Shown one piece after another: positions 50,325 through 61,596 of a stretch of 64,000 nt of DNA. Position 1 is the first letter of the stretch; the number at the start of each line of letters is the position of its first letter. The stretch covers positions 23,064,836 to 23,128,835 of the forward strand of contig NC_068999.1 in assembly GCF_001194135.2 (NCBI RefSeq). Direction: 5' to 3'. Both the position numbers and the translations under genes were made by a program. The DNA is from Octopus bimaculoides. Lineage: Eukaryota. The notes beneath the pieces are model-generated. The model ran no database searches, was not told where the DNA came from, and saw only the letters and a list, made by a program, of their open reading frames with translations.

Positions 50325-50922
50325 CAGGGTTATTCAAAAAGAATGAAGCGATTTCATTATGCAATATTTTTATAAGAAACAGCAATAGAGAACTCCAGCT
50401 AAGTCACAAGTATTTACTCACAATCAACTTTTATTTCCTGTCTTACAAGTGTTCAATGTGGCCACCATCTTCAGCACGGGTACCATCAATGCAATAAGAG
50501 AATTCCTCCTAGGCGCATATCTGCTTGGCCTGTGAGATCCCCAGACCTCATCATATGTGATTTTTTGTTGTGGGGACATGTAAAAGATCATGTTTATGTT
50601 CCACCACTACCCACTAACTTTGATGACCTTAAACATCGAATAGCAACAGCGATCAACTCAGTGGATCATGATATACTGATAGGCATCTGGGAGGAATTCA
50701 CTTATCGCATTGGTGGTGCCCGTGCGGCAGGTGGTGGCCACATTGAACACTTGTAAGACAGGANNNNNNNNNNGCGGCAGGTGGTGGCCACATTGAACAC
50801 TTGTAAGACAGGAAATAAAAGTTGATTGTGAGTAAATACTTGTGACTTAGCTGGAGTTTTCTATTGCTTTTCCTTATCAAAATATTGTAATGAAATCAGT
50901 TCATTCATTTTGAATAACCCTG
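50325..50922 (+). mobile_element. Non-autonomous Tc1/mariner element with ~140-bp TIRs and TA TSD
   Basis: TA|CAGGGTTATTCAAAA... and ...TTTTGAATAACCCTG|TA; the interior has only the transposase C-terminus RSPDL..CDF.LWGHVKDHVY..DLKHRI..GGHIEHL. Confidence 0.92.
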
Positions 50923-51089
50923 TATATACCTCAAGGGTATGCTTTCCATCCCTCAACAGTATGCCCTGGTACTTGCCACCATCTCTCTCTTGCACTTTTT
51001 CTGTCTCCCACTCTCTCTCCCCTTCTGCTGCTCTTCCCTCAGGTTGGGCAACCATGTGTCTCCTTTACAGCACACCTGTTTCTGTCCTC

Positions 51090-51146
<57 letters not shown>

Positions 51147-51273
51147 GCCGGGTGACCATGTACCTCTCCAACAGCAAGACACCTGTTTCTATCTCTCTGT
51201 CTCACTATAACCCTTTATCAGCTGACACAAAATCCCCTCTTCCAATGCCCCCTTCCCCTCTCANNNNNNNNNN

Positions 51274-51428
51274 AAAGCACTCAGTCTACTCTGGTGGGTG
51301 GATGGTGTTAGGAAGGGCATCCAGCCATGTAACCATGCCAAAACAGACACAGAAGTCTGGTGCAGGCTCCTACCTGGCCAGCCCCTGTCAAACTGTCCAA
51401 CCCATGCCAGAACAGAAGGCAGATGTTA
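51274..51428 (+). mobile_element. RTE LINE 3'-UTR fragment
   Basis: GTTAGGAAGGGCATCCAGCC...GTCCAACCCATGCCAG. Confidence 0.7.
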
Positions 51429-51547
51429 TATATATATATATATATATATATGTATGCACACACATACAGATATATATATTTATATATATAGCTCTTCTTT
51501 GTATTTTGTTTACAAAATTCTTTAAGTGAATGTGTGTGTTGAAACAA

Positions 51548-51701
51548 ATTTTGTTGTGTCTAGGGAGACTGACTGTTTAACCAACAAGTTAAACAAATGA
51601 TCAATTAATTAAACCAACTGATCAATAATAAAGGAGTGGAATTGAACCAGCGCATGTGCTATTAATATTGGTTTAATGACTTTCCCTAGACACAACAAAA
51701 T
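51548..51701. mobile_element. Small MITE-like element (~20-bp TIR)
   Basis: ATTTTGTTGTGTCTAGGGA ... TCCCTAGACACAACAAAAT. Confidence 0.65.
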
Positions 51702-51958
51702 ATAAATATATATAGTGTTCTGTTACATTATCAGTAGGATCAATACAAAAATTATTCTATTTAAAAAGCATTTGCATTTAAATCCTCTGAATATTAGATA
51801 AGAGAGCGAGTCAGAAAGTAAATCAGTTTTTATTTGTATTACTTTCTGACTCACCCTTGTAAAAATGTGTGTGCATAGATACATGGAATATTTTATAAAT
51901 ATGCTTGTTCAAATATCATAATACCATGAAACTATTAGTAGTTCTTTTGGTTGAGCAT

Positions 51959-52003
<45 letters not shown>

Positions 52004-52092
52004 CTTATATATATTTTTATACCAAAATTAGGCAAAAATATTGTATCTGTTAACAAACGTAGCAAAATGCTCACAAGTGAGTTTTTGTATTT

Positions 52093-52432
52093 ATATTGAT
52101 TTAAATGAGAGCTCAAAACTGATCCATTGAAAATACTTTATTATAATAATGATAATGACCTATGACCATTTCGATGCAATATCCAGATTGATTCATGCAT
52201 ATTATAAAATATGGGATACTGCATCTCCTCAGGGCCTTATTATTAGTAGCAGGCAGACAATAAAAACAGATAACATTCATATACAACATTCATAGTTGAC
52301 CTATGTTGACCTATGTTTTCATATTTTATAATATGCATGAATCAATCTGGATATTGCATCGAAATGATCATTGGTCATTATCATTATTATAATAAAGTAT
52401 TTTCAATGGATCAGTTTTGAGCTCTCATTTAA

Positions 52433-52440
<8 letters not shown>
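52093..52440. repeat. 121-bp near-perfect inverted repeat with a hammerhead in the left arm and spacer
   Basis: Arms 52093-52213 and 52320-52440. Confidence 0.9.
52157..52236 (-). ncRNA. Hammerhead ribozyme motif with a 12-bp helix II
   Basis: Minus strand GGCC-CTGAGGA-GATGCAGTATCC...GGATATTGCATC-GAAA-TGGTC-ATA-GGTC. The opposite arm has the palindromic helix III version ATGATCAT. Confidence 0.7.
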
Positions 52441-52475
<35 letters not shown>

Positions 52476-52478
<3 letters not shown>

Positions 52479-53292
52479 ATGACAATATTGGGCTTAGTAA
52501 ATTAATTTGATATCTAAAGGATCATAATAAACGATTTGATCTGGAATGGAATATTCTATCTAAACCATTTCCGTATGATAAAGGTAAATTTTTCTGTCTG
52601 CTTTGTAATGATGAAATGTATTTCATACTGATCTCAGAGAATCCTCTTGTAAACACATTTAAAGAATGTGTTTATCATTGCAAACATTGGCAAAAACATA
52701 CCTTTATTTCCTAGAAGTGATTTCTTCCATTCTATAAAATTTGACCTTTAACTGTCTTCCTACATTTCACTTCCACTAAATATATCTACTTCCAAGACAT
52801 TAAGCTGTATTCCTATTCACTTATCATTCTATATCTCCCCACTATTAGTTTTCTGCTAATTTCTTTCTTTCTCCTCCTTCTCTTTCTATAAACTGCCTTT
52901 GACGTTATATCTATTAATATTTTTTTTTAAATACTTGCTAACATTCCCTTCGACATATACGCAGTCATCACATTCTGTTAAAATGTCTTACTGATGTGTT
53001 TGGTTTCTTTCTTTCCCTGATGAGAAGATTGCATTGTTTTACATCATTTTATTCCTTCTGGAATAATACCACTGTTTTCTTTGAAACATATGTTGGAAGT
53101 AAAAAGATTTGATTGACACCTGCGTTTAACTCCATTTATTTATTTATCTATATTATAGAAAATCAATTCACCAAAACCTGAATTTCTACCTTTATAAGTA
53201 GGCTGTTACATCCTTGGTACTTGTATGAATTGTTACTACCCTGGTAACTATTTATTTTTTTTTTCCTTGTTATTTGTAAACATTGAAAAAAT
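52476..53292 (+). mobile_element. Penelope-like element 3' end (GIY-YIG tail plus pseudo-LTR), same family as 8085-9920
   Basis: Colinear with ~9115-9920; flanked by (TA)n on both sides. Confidence 0.88.
53012..53099 (+). ncRNA. Hammerhead ribozyme motif in PLE pseudo-LTR
   Basis: TTTCC, CTGATGA 53017-53023, GAAAC 53083-53087, ATAT, GUU 53092-53094, GGAAG (5-bp helix I). Confidence 0.65.
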
Positions 53293-53559
53293 NNNNNNNN
53301 NNTATATATATATATATATATTTATATATACACGCATACATATATATATATATATTTATACACACAAACACACCCACACACATATAAATGTATACATACA
53401 TTTCTCATTCTGTTCTACTGTGTGATATCTAGAGCAGTTGTCTTCTATAGTGCTAGATTAACCAAAAACCTTGTGAGTAGTTTTTGTAGAGGGGGTCTGA
53501 CAGTAGCCCATTGTGTGTGTGTGTGTGTGTACATATGTCTTAAGCTGCCTATTAAGTTT

Positions 53560-54190
53560 GATGACACTGTTGTCTTCTTTGGTGAGCTGAAAGATAACTG
53601 TTCAGTCCAATTCTGAATCCACAAATTCTGCTTCAGGTAGGGCAAGGAAAATCTCTATGTTGTGTTGTTTGGTTTTGGGATCCATGCCAATGTTGTTGTT
53701 TTGCCATGTGCTGATAGCATCGATGATGCTCAAATACTTTGATTTCTTTCATTGCAAATGCTGTGCTAAGTCTTTCTGCTTTGGATGAGATCTCAAAGCT
53801 AGGAGAAAGGAATGTTGCAAACTTGAAGAATTTGCTTCAACTGATCTCTGTATCACTTTTTGGCAGGGGCATTATGAAGATGACCTCCAGCTTCAGAGGA
53901 GATCATGTTGTGATCTGTCCAACATTCAATGCAACACATTGCTCTGGTGTACTGAACATCTTTGACATGTCTTGGTCAAATGATAATATAGTCCAGTAAG
54001 TGCCAAGTGCTAGATCTTGAGTGTCTCCATAAAGTTTTATACTTAGCTTGTTGGAATAGAGAATTGGTGATGACCAGTCAATGATCTGAACAAAGTGTGA
54101 GTAATCAAAGACCATTTAAATTTTGTTTTCCAATGCAAAGCTTCCCTAAGACCATGACTAAGAATCCCGATCAACTTGGGTGTTGAAATC
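53560..54190 (-). mobile_element. Highly decayed RTE-like LINE remnant
   Basis: Minus frames contain FGDFNTQV (APE-like) and a terminal FPCPT.SRICGFRIGLNSYL.AH C2H2-like motif typical of some RTE C-termini. Confidence 0.5.
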
Positions 54191-54507
54191 ACCAAAGAGA
54201 ATAGTGATGAAAAGATTGGAGTGATGAATAGATTGGAGTGATGAAAAGATTGGAATGATGAATAGATTGGAGTGATGAATAGATTGGAGTGATGAAAAGA
54301 TTGGAGTGATGAATAGATTGGAGTGATGAAAAGATTGGAGTGATGAATAGATTGGAGTGNNNNNNNNNNGAGTGATGAATAGATTGGAGTGATGAATAGA
54401 TTGGAGTGATGAAAAGATTGGAGTGATGAATAGATTGGAGTGATGAAAAGATTGGAGTGATGAATAGATTGGAGAGATGAAAAGATTGGAGTGATGAATA
54501 GATTGGA
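54190..54507. repeat. 17-bp minisatellite GATTGGAGTGATGAA(T/A)A
   Basis: Direct reading; two variants mostly alternate. A 10-N gap lies inside. Confidence 0.95.
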
Positions 54508-54739
54508 AAACACTGTCCAGTTTTTCATAAAATGCATCTTTACTCTTTGACTAAGTCAAGGGGTGGAGCATAGCAACTAATTACTGTTAACTAAAAATAA
54601 TCACATGAATTTACTACATCTCAATAAATTGTTTTAAAACGGTTTTACCAATCATTTTTTAGTTGGGAAATGTTGAGTCACACAAAGTTGTTGCATTTGA
54701 TGACAACAACCACAATGATGAAAAACATGAAAATATACT

Positions 54740-54955
54740 TCTGAGAAATGCATCTAGATGAACCTATGCCTGTAGAAAATATGTCCCCAACAGACAAGGC
54801 AAAACAAATAAAAAACACAGTCAAACAAACTAGCCTCGAATACATTAAGGAGAAATGGAAGCAAAGGCCACTGCATGGCAAATACTCGATTAGAATTAGA
54901 GACTCTGATGTAGATCAAGTCCTTACTCATCAGTGGCTGTCTGAAAGATTTCCGA
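54740..54955 (+). mobile_element. R4/Dong LINE fragment
   Basis: KEKWKQRPLHGKYSIRIRDSDVDQVLTHQWL is homologous to 33510-33812. Confidence 0.75.
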
Positions 54956-55520
54956 CCTGTGGGCTTATGCCATCACGTGTGGGACGAGTCCGCTTGTCGG
55001 CCGAGTCCGCCTGTCGGCCGAGTCTATTCTGCAACTTGCTACACCACCGTCCCTCAACAGGGAAGGCAAAGCAGTGTTCATCATAACTGGTGGCTATGGT
55101 GAAAGAACGTGTGTGGTGGACCCGAGCAAAAGGATTAGAGATGAAAACCTACCTCTCTGGCCAATCACTCATCAACTTTTTCAAGTATCACTTGAAAAGG
55201 AAAGTGAGAATAGAGAGGCAGGTTTTGTCTCATGAAAGTTTCATTAAAAGGTGGGTGAATGTAGCAAAGATGGTGCATGCGAGTGACGATACCTCTTTGA
55301 GCATGATCCTGTAAATCGGGTACCGTGGTCTTTTCCATAGGCTTTTCTCCCTATTTTACACTATTGACATTTTCTGTGATATACGATACCTTTTCTTTTT
55401 TTTTTTGCCCCTACCGATCCCTTTTGATCCGATTTTTTTTATTTTTATATTTTTAAAGAAAAGCTCTACAGTTGTATTTGTCCCTTCTGTGTGCAGCCCT
55501 GTGTGGCTAATAAAAGAAAG
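54956..55520 (+). mobile_element. Tx1/L1-like LINE 3' end
   Basis: MVKERVWWTRAKGL..LSGQSLINFFKYHLKRKVRIER..F.KRW-type C-terminus, a T-rich UTR and AATAAAAG before (TATC)n. Confidence 0.55.
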
Positions 55521-56310
55521 TTATCTAGCTATCTATCTATCTATATGTCTGTCTGACAATCTATGTATGTATGTATGTATCTATCTATCTATCTATCTAT
55601 CAGCCTGTCTACCTACCTATATTTCTATCTATCCATCTCCATTGTCATAGAGCCTCACCCCCCACCCCACCCCAAAAAAAAACAATGTTCTCTTCTAAAC
55701 AAAACTCCCAAAAAACATCTGTTTTATATAAATGAACTAGCTGTTTGTACATTCACAAAATTTTACTTGAGAAACGAACAGTGTTAATGATAATGAAGAA
55801 ATAAAAAGATTTTTTCCAAAGTTCTGACGACTTTTTTTCTCAGTATTCAATTTCTGTACATTACACCTAACACTGTATACATACACACACACACACACAT
55901 ATATATATATAAATCAGGGTTTGATTAAGACCCTTAGAAGCCCTAAGCACTTAAAAGATTTTGGTGCCCCCTGCACCATGTATATGTAATTTAAAGTATA
56001 AACAATAATAAACCATAAAATATATATATTTTTTCAAAATGAATCAAATCTAACAGTAAGAGAGAAAATAATGTTTATTTTTTTGTATACTTCCACTTTA
56101 TTTAAGAGGGGATAGGGCAAAATGTGTAAGTGGTATAGAATGAGTAATTTGTGATTTCTTATTTTCTTCCTACCTGTTTGAAACCATTATATTGCAAGTA
56201 CTGCATCAGCATTTTGTACTGTTGCATCAGCTGATATACATGTGTATACACACACACACACACACACATACTTACATACATACAAGCACAGATGCATGCA
56301 TATATACATA

Positions 56311-56730
56311 CATGTGGCTGTGTGGTAAGAAGCTTACTTCCCAACCACATGGTTTTGGGTTCAGTCCCACTGCATAGCACCTTGGGCAAGTGTCTTCTAC
56401 TATAGCCTTGGGCCGATCAAAGCCTTGCAAGTAGATTTGGTAGACGGAAACTAAAAGAAACCCATTGTATGTATGTGTGTGTGTGTGTATATATATATAT
56501 TCATGTGTGTGTGTCTTTGTGTCTGTGTTTGTTCCCCCACCATCACTTGACAACCAATGTCGACATATTTATGTCCCTGTAACTTAGCGGTTTGGCAAAA
56601 GAGACCAGTAGAATAAGTACAAGGCTTACAAAAAGAATAAGTCTTGGGGTTGATTTCTTTGACTAAACCCCGTTAAGACAGTGATGCTCCAGCATGGCCA
56701 CGGTCAAATGACTGAAACAAGTAAAAGAAT
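56311..56730 (+). mobile_element. SINE family A, full length
   Basis: Head GTGGCTGTGTGGTAAG through tail GAAACAAGTAAAAGA. Confidence 0.9.
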
Positions 56731-57099
56731 AACAGAAAAGAAACTGATGTGGATTCTCCAGATTCAATCCATTAGTGGCACAGTGAAAACTTGTAAGACT
56801 TTCCAAAAATTTTAGATTTAAAGGTGAATAGATGCACACACTTGGGTATATGCATCGACAGTTCAACCCACACACCAACTCTACATATTTACAAACACCG
56901 GGCCTTGCCACTTTGTTAGCAACTAGCTTGGACGGACTCTCTTTAAGAACTTAATTAAAACTTAAAGAAAATTCATACATATGTGCGTGCGTGCATATAC
57001 ACACATGAGATACACACACCCCAAAAAAATGGAGTAAGGTAGAAACAAAGAGAGAATTAGTAAAAGGGAGAGCAACAAAGAAGAAAAAAACAAAGAGAG

Positions 57100-57317
57100 T
57101 AAGAGAGAAAAAGGGAGAAAAAACAGAGAGAGAGAGAGAGAAACAGAGAGAGAGAGAGAGAGAGAGAGAGCGGGTAAGTAATTGTCTGCTAACGAACTAA
57201 TTCTCGTTCTCTCTCGTCCGACGGACATGTTGCCATTGACAGCAACTTCATAATCCTAGTTTTGTTATTGTTTCTTTTCCGAACGGGCCTCATTCTAATT
57301 CTTAAATCACAACAAAT
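57100..57317 (+). promoter_or_regulatory. CpG-rich promoter/5' UTR region with a (GA)n tract upstream of the CIB-like ATG
   Basis: (GA)n at 57125-57170; dense CpGs (CCGACGGAC, CCGAACGGG) unlike the CpG-poor surroundings; possible upstream donor G|GTAAGT at 57174. Confidence 0.5.
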
Positions 57318-57368
57318 ATGGGTAACAAACAAACCGCTCTGAATCATGATGATCTAGAAGCTTATCAG
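57318..57368 (+). CDS. CIB2: First coding exon of a calcium- and integrin-binding protein (CIB2/CIB3-like; paralog not resolvable)
   Basis: ATG..CAG|GTATAA encodes MGNKQTALNHDDLEAYQ (17 aa, phase-0 donor). This matches vertebrate CIB2 MGNKQTIFTEEQLDNYQ in sequence and, from recall, in its 51-nt first exon; it has an MGxxxT myristoylation motif. Exon 2 was not found in the window. Confidence 0.85.
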
Positions 57369-58184
57369 GTATAAATTTATATGTATAAATACATCGAACT
57401 AATTCTCAAATCTTTAATATAAGTCAGCTGCGTACACAGTGACATAATTTACGGAAATGATTCAACTTAAAATCGTTTTAAGCCACAATTTCATGTGTCA
57501 AATAAGATATTTTTATATTAATTTCGATGAGTTCATATTATATTATATATAGTTTACACTTCAGCGACTGTTTTCATGTTTATGATATTATCTATGATAG
57601 TATTTTCTCTAAATTAAGGTGTGAATAATGTCAGGACTATGAGACATTCCGGAAATTAATTTCAGCTTGTCATATTAAGCTAAAGAAATAAAAATAAATC
57701 ATGTACGGAAGTGATTCTTCTTTTAATTGCGTATAAAATACTGTTGGTTTATTATTAACCTTTCCTGCTAATATTTTTATTGTTTGCTGAGGTCGCTGTC
57801 GTATATTTTGTTTAACAATCATCATTGTAATTTTTCTATTCTGTTTTTGAGTTTGTTGGTCAGTTCTAATCGAGCAGTCCCATAACATGCAGGTAGTCGA
57901 CCGAACCAGTATGGTTGTCTATATGCTTGTGTGTGTATCTTTGGACCACCACCTTCAAGCCAAATTGACGGAACGATTTTTTTTTTAAACATACCTATGG
58001 ATGTGTATTTGTGAACATAAATATTTATATTTATCTTCTGGGCATACATATATACAGATACACATACACAAACATATATATGTGAATGAATTGTATGCTG
58101 CTATTGACTAAGGTAGAAAGAAAAAGTGAAGGTGAGGAGGATTTCGGGTTGTTTCTCTCCCTTCAGTGATCGCATGTTTGTTTA

Positions 58185-58558
58185 TTTACTCTTTTACTCT
58201 TTTACTTGTTTCAGTCATTTGACTGCGGCCATGCTGGAGCACCGCCTTTAGTCGAGCAAATCGACCCCAGAACTTATTCTTTGTAAGCCTACTACTTATT
58301 CTATCGGTCTATTTTGCCGAACCGCTAAGTTACGGGGATGCAAACACACCACTATCGCTTATCAAGCGATGTTGGGGGGACAAACACATATACATGCATA
58401 CGACGGGCTTCTTTCAGTTTCCGTCTACCAAATCCACTTGCAAGGCTTTGGTCGGCCCTAGGCTATAGTAGAAGACACTCGCTCAAGGTGCCACGCAGTG
58501 GGACTGAACCCGGAGTGGTTGGTAAGCAAGCTACTTACCACACAGCCACTCCTGCGCC
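58185..58558 (-). mobile_element. SINE family A, full length, least decayed copy (CpGs retained)
   Basis: GACTGCGGCCATGCTGGAGCACCGCC..GTCGAGCAAATCGACCCC..CGACGGGCTTCTTTCAGTTTCCGTC..CAGCCACTCCTGCGCC. Confidence 0.92.
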
Positions 58559-58619
58559 TACACACATCTTTCTCTTTTTTCCTTTTTTTTCCCCCTTTGC
58601 TCAGTTTTCTGTACTGCTC

Positions 58620-61596
58620 GGATCCTCGGCTTCCCCAATCCAGTGGGTCATCGCCTCATCAGTATTGCAACTCCATCCCCCACCCATTTTCGAGATGTCA
58701 ATCAATTTTTCGCCCCCACCCCAGGGGGCGCCGACATCCTCCTGGTCGAACGGTGCTTTCCACACCCCATTCCTACAGGAAGCTACCTGCAGCACATGTG
58801 CCACCACCGCTAATAGGTAGAAGAGAGGCATGAACTGTTCAGGATATGGCTGTTTAAATCATCTCTCTTGAGTCAGCCTGGCATGACAGGGCTTGAATGT
58901 GCACACAGTGTGGAGATGCAGCAGCTGCCTCAGCCATGTGGCAGCGACTATCCACCACATCCTCAGATCAGACTGCATGCCTACCTGATGTCTAACCCTC
59001 ACTGGTCAACATCACCCGGCTTGGGAGGCTTCATTAGATCCCTCTTAAGGTCCTGAAAACAGCCTAGATGCTACTGGTTGATACCCTTGCATCCTTAATT
59101 GACAAAACCCTAGAATCTGGTTGACCTAGCGAATGGGATTGGCCGTTTTATTTTGCTCTGCTTGCTCTTGGTCTCTCCCACTGTCACCAATCGAGGTAGC
59201 CTGTCGACAATGGCCTTATTCAGGGCCAACATCTTGTTCTTTTGGAAGGCGCCCATACCTAATATGTGCAAATAAGCTGCACTCTGCTCATTCATGCACC
59301 TGCAGGCCCCCACCTCCAACACTGGCTCAAAGTGTTTACACAATTGGGTAAACACCAAACTTATCGAGGGCAATGTCTCAGCTGTTGTCAGAGTAGTCAC
59401 CTCTGATGACACCATCCTCTAGCCTACTGAAGAGGTCCTGGCTGTCCCCCCAACTGAAATGTCCTGAGTCACCTGCAGACCTCAGACCCATACCCTCACC
59501 TGACTTTCAGGCACCTTATGTGGCCTCCAAGAAAGATATCCTCTCTGCTCTGAGGTCTTTCCCTGCCAGTAGCAGCAGAGGTGTTGACGGTCTCTGGCCC
59601 AGCCACCTCAAAGACTTGCTATCCCCACTTACTGCCAAAGCCAGGCACCACCTGCTGAGCACAATTACAACTCTCATTAACAGATTCATTCATGGTGACC
59701 CTTATCCTTGAGGCCTCTTCTTTTCAGCCCTCTTAATCACTCTCAGGAAGGAGGACGGGGGAAGGTATGAGGGAGTCACTCATGCCACTTGAATAATTGT
59801 CCTGACCTAACATCAGGTGCTTTCAAGCACCTCATTGTCAAGCTTGACATGAAAAATGCTTTCAACTGTTTGTATCGTGACCACTTGCTCAAGGCCTGCC
59901 TCAGCCATGCTCCATCTGCCTACCGACTGGCTTACCTGTCGTAGAGGGCCCAGAGCATGCTCCTCACCTCAAACCATCTTTGAATCGTGTTCAACATAGT
60001 GTTCTTTTAATTTTGAGGGTGGACAGCATTGCTTGGAGCATCACAGCTCCTTTCAACATCTGATACCTGGATGATGTAATGAAGGTGGGCCAGCAGAGAA
60101 GTGTCTGCCACAATCTCTGATCAGTGGTTCTCACTCCAACAAGAATTGGCCTTGAAATAAACTCTTCCAAATTGGAGGTCATGAACATCAACTATGATGT
60201 AGAGGGCTTTGCAGCCTCTGTCTCAGATGTATATTCACTACTTTACCAGGTACAGGTGACCTTGAAAGAGGACATCCTTATACTCAGTTCAACTATCCTG
60301 AGCTTTACCAGCTTGAAAGACTGATTAACAGACTGAATGTTAAGGAACTGCTTTGCCATGCCAAAGTTATTGTAAACCCTCCACTGTGCCCCTTGCTATA
60401 GTCACATATCCTCTCAGATCTCAATGCCTGTATCTAACAGGTCACTGAAGAGATATGCAACATTCAGTTTGACAACACTGGATGGCAACAGACCACCATA
60501 CACCTACCATATATAGCAGCTTCAGCCTTCGATCTCCAGTCTCACTGTCCCTGTCAAGTTTTCTCTCATTGGTGACTTCTTGCCATATCCTTATCAACAG
60601 GGTTCTCCACAACATAACTGAACCTACTGTGATTATGGAGCATGAGCTGGCCTATGCACCATGGAGCCAGTTCAGCCTGTGCCTTGCTGGCGTCCATATC
60701 CCCTTCCTCTCTGTGGATATTCGGTCCTCTCAAAAGAAACGGGACATCATCCAATGTAGTATGACCTCCAAGAAGTTAGAGCACTGACTTGACCAACACC
60801 ATCTGGCATGTTTCCACTCAGACTCCAAGCCTCACGGTGAAGCATGGCTTAGTGCAGTGCCATCACTTGTGACTGACACTCCACTTGATAGCAACTGTCT
60901 GTGCATTGGCATTTCTCTGAGGCTTGGCCTCCAGATCTGTGAGCCTCACAGATGCCACTGTGGATCCACTGTGAATTCTTCCAGCCTTCACCCATTGTCA
61001 CGCTATCATAGTACTGGTCACCTTCCACACCATACTGTCTTTAACGAAATCATAAAGCATTACCTAGATACTACAGGTGTCCCTGCCAAGCTCGAGTCAG
61101 CAGGACTAGACCAAGGAGATGGTAAATGGCCTGATAGTATGAGAATTTCCCCATTTTGTGACAGTTGGTCCCTCATCTAGAATGCCACATGCTGTGACTC
61201 CTTCTTCAGCAGCAACTTGGTGTGTTCAGCTACTAACCCAGGCTTTGCTACTCATCAGGCTGAGAAAGTAAACTGTCAAAGTATCAGTCACTCTTTAACA
61301 GATTTATGGTTGAGCCTGTGGCAGTGCAGCCCTCTAGCATTCTCACCCCTACCCCCGACTATATCCCTGCTCACTGCCATCAGAGCAGAAATAGCTCTCT
61401 GCAAGTGCAAGCCCCATGAGTCAGAGTGGCTGTTCCAGCTCATCTCCTCCGCCATCATCAGGGACAATGCCTTCTCCATTTTGTCTGCTAGGTCCATGAA
61501 TTAGTCTGAATTACAGGAAATCAAGAGAATATGAGAATTTTATAGCTTACTACATGAACAATAAACTTATACAATCTAAAAAAGAAAAAGAAAAAC
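58620..61596 (+). mobile_element. CRE-clade non-LTR retrotransposon (RT plus restriction-like endonuclease), decayed, in CIB intron 1
   Basis: GVDGLWPSHLKDL, LITLRKEDGG, VKLDMKNAFN, YLDD, RLGLQICEPHRCHCG, GDGKWPD..ATCCDS; AATAAA at 61560-61565 and an A-rich tail at 61578-61595. Confidence 0.82.

Noticed and set aside
50724-50813. 40-bp direct duplication inside the Tc1 element
   Set aside because: The copies flank a 10-N gap exactly, typical of an unmerged contig overlap.
54043-54537. 164-aa repetitive ORF (HHSNLFITPI..)
   Set aside because: It is a translation of the 17-bp minisatellite.
56663-56911. 82-aa minus-strand ORF near the CpG-rich region, as a divergent gene start
   Set aside because: It runs into a SINE and has no recognisable homology; at most a non-coding exon.
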